DNA of 8,089 bases from Paraspadella gotoi (Eukaryota > Animalia > Chaetognatha): the NCBI GenBank assembly GCA_051294375.1, contig JBJCIZ010001269.1, forward strand, positions 1 through 8,089, given 5' to 3'. The notes beneath the pieces were generated by a model, which saw only the letters and a program-made list of their open reading frames with translations, ran no database searches and had not been told where the DNA came from. A program made the position numbers and the translations under genes. Positions 6,060 to 8,089 of the stretch are shown piece after piece; within the stretch, counting starts at the first letter, position 1; every line of letters starts with the position of its first letter.

Positions 6060-6880
6060 GAACAAAAGACTCCGACTTTTTTTCTTGGATGACCTCCTCT
6101 CCAGTCTCTGCTCTCTTGATATCTCCTTGTACGTAAGCTGACTGCGTCTCTATGCGTTCTCTTTCAGCTGGTCCTCCGTGTCTCTGGGCGGGGTAGAGTG
6201 TGTCCCCAACGCAACGGTTGCCGGTGGGGATCGGAGGCTTTCTGGGGCGGCGAGAGTTTCGGATCATCGGGCCAACGCCAACGCAACTGACGCAAACGCC
6301 GACCGTGAGGGCCGGGCCATCGTCTACGTTTTGAGGGCCATGTTGTCGAGGTGTGGTAACGTTTGTTCGCCGACTGCGGACTCGAGAGCTAATCGAACGA
6401 ATGAAGTTTTGCCGCTGGGAATTGAGTCGGATGATGTAATCAACAGGCGGATATACGAAATGTTTGAACAGGAGTCTGCAGGATTCACGGAAGAGAGGGA
6501 AGACGAAGAGGAAACGGTGAGCGATGATTTTTGTGGTTTAAAGTCTCGAAAACGAGGCAATGGTTGGGTTGCTGCGCGATGATGACGAGAGAGCTGTAGA
6601 GTTGCATATGTGAGTTCGGTCTGTAGTGTCGAGATCGATGTAGCTGCAGCCGATCGGGATGAGCTGTGTCCGTTGGCTAGGGCGCATCTGAACCGACCCT
6701 CACAGTATTACTAAGTCACTCCTCTCTCCGTCGGGCGTCTCCTCGCGTGGCGACGGTCCTGGAGGAAAGTATGCTTTCGGGTCCGCAGCGGGAACCTTTT
6801 CGTCGTCCAGATGTGCCACGAATCGCGAGTCTCCTTGGGAAGAAAAGCGTCGGATACGGGTCAGTAATACTGGGATACTG
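6060..6880. other. GC-rich coding-like island (exon(s), pseudogene or transposable-element remnant); product unknown
   Basis: GC rises sharply here. Open frames overlap on both strands (+6178-6582; minus frame open 6707-6324; minus frame 6877-6700 after a CATTACAG acceptor-like site). No domain was recognised and the strand is unresolved. Confidence 0.3.
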
Positions 6881-7329
6881 TAATGACTATTGTTTATAAT
6901 GTATTGCGTCTCGGATTCTTTAATTTTTTTTTTTATTCGGCAAATTTTAGCATGACTCTAATTATGCCAAACTTTACATCACGTGTTCTTTGTTTAATCG
7001 TCTTATTTTTTTTTTGGCCGCCAGGTCTGCTTTCGCGCCACAGTCGTCAATTGGCTCTCAGTTTGGTGGGTTGCTCTATTCCTCTGCGAAATCACAATCA
7101 TCGCCTATAAGATATGCCTCACGTTAGTAATAATTTATCGAATAATTAATTAATTAGATTAATACTGCGCCTCACCAAGAGTATGCATATTGTAAGTTCT
7201 AAAATATTATTAACAATAGTATGTTACATGTTAATTTCATTGTGATCACGTCACCAACATATGAATATGTTTTTAATCCCAATGAAAAACTTATGTGGTT
7301 TCATCTTCATATCACCTTAAAAAGAATTC

Positions 7330-7570
7330 CTAATCTATCTAATCTAATCTAATTAATCTAATCTAAACTGATCTAATCTATCTGATTGAATTTAATCCAA
7401 TCTAACTTATTTAATAACTAATATATTTAATTTTCTATATATCCCATTGATCTAATCAAGAAATATAATCGAATATAATTAATCTTAGTGCTATGTAAGA
7501 TAATCTCATATAATCTTATTTAATCCAATTCAATTTTATTAACTCATCTACATCTCCTCTAATCTAACTC
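7330..7570. repeat. Degenerate (CTAAT)n pentamer repeat
   Basis: ctaatctatctaatctaatctaattaatctaatctaaactgatctaatcta..., decaying towards 7570. Confidence 0.85.
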
Positions 7571-7606
7571 ATCATATCTACTAAGGCGATCCCATTCCAT
7601 TCTCAA

Positions 7607-7766
7607 GGAGCTGTCGGCCTGGCCGTGCGGTACTGCTCGGAGACAGGCGGTATCCTCGTTCCTCCCCCACCTGATGCCCGCTGGGCTCTCGGGGCCTGCG
7701 AAAGACGACGTATCAGGCCCGAACACATCCTATCCACGTCGGCGGCGGTTCTAGGCCGGAGCTTTT
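7607..7766 (+). ncRNA. Candidate structured Pol III small RNA (panhandle, vault-RNA-like layout)
   Basis: The 5' and 3' ends pair: 7609-7612/7760-7763, 7614-7622/7751-7759 and 7623-7626/7745-7748. Internal helices form at 7629-7637/7646-7654 and 7670-7677/7710-7717. An A-box-like TGGCCGTGCGG at 7620-7630 and a B-box-like GGTTCTAGGCC at 7747-7757 each have one mismatch. TTTT follows at 7763-7766. Confidence 0.45.
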
Positions 7767-7909
7767 ATCTCTCTACTGATCGAGACTCATACTTAGGTCG
7801 AATACTGATGCGATATGCCGTGTTTGTTTGGTTGTTGGTTGTTTGTCGAATTTGCCCAAAGCAGAGTTGTTGTGAGTTATTTGGTTTATATTGTCGCAAT
7901 TGTTAAGTG

Positions 7910-8089
7910 TATTTTAATTATTATTATTATCATCACTGGTATTATTAATATTATTATTATATTATTTATTAATGATTTTACGATATTATTGAGGTATTAT
8001 TATTATTATTTTATTGACTTATTATATGATTATTAATTATTATATTATATATTGATTATTATTTATGTATATATTGTTATTCGAGTTAT
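7910..8089. repeat. Degenerate (TTA)n low-complexity tract
   Basis: ttattattat... runs to the window end; the ORF 7815-8036 (poly-I/poly-Y) is its translation. Confidence 0.92.

Noticed and set aside
2200-6200. TAG reassigned to Gln (several protein-like frames are broken by a single TAG)
   Set aside because: These are only anecdotal short frames with no homology anchor, and the long ORF uses CAA for Gln and contains no internal TAR codons.
6695-6815. HDV-like ribozyme around GTC-TCCTCGCGT-GGC-GACGGTC
   Set aside because: P3/L3 and a 6/7 P1 (GACCCTC) look similar, but GG for P1.1 does not follow P1 directly, and there is no C-containing, A-rich J4/2 before a clean P2.
7330-7570. Telomeric repeat array
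   Set aside because: The unit is TTAGA on the minus strand, not TTAGG/TTAGGG, and it is degenerate and internal.
7671-7717. Hammerhead ribozyme (CTGATG...GAAA)
   Set aside because: The core reads CUGAUGC rather than CUGANGA, and helix III with a UH site cannot be formed.

Overview
This window looks like AT-rich, eukaryotic nuclear-type DNA. It shows no operons, no recognisable prokaryotic genes and no CRISPR array, and the taxon cannot be assigned by eye. Microsatellite and low-complexity spacers ((GTC)n, (GAAA)n, (GA)n, (CTAAT)n, (TTA)n, AATG/AATT) alternate with sharply bounded GC-rich islands. The best-supported elements are five. (1) A minus-strand, intronless ORF at 199-954 (frame open to 1002) encodes a hydrophobic multi-pass protein of unknown family. 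(2) A head-to-tail tandem of a ~495-bp tRNA-headed, hairpin-rich SINE-like unit with Pol III A/B boxes lies at ~2820-3640, and its copies differ mostly by small indels. (3) An AU-rich segment at 1917-2068 has the motif order, spacing and fold of a divergent U1 snRNA but no stem-loop III. (4) A ~160-nt GC island at 7607-7766 folds end-to-end, carries A- and B-box-like motifs at its two ends and finishes in TTTT, a vault-RNA-like Pol III layout. (5) A GC-rich, coding-like but interrupted region lies at ~6060-6880. All RNA calls come from manual inspection and need covariance-model and expression checks. Most short ORFs in the supplied track are translations of simple repeats.
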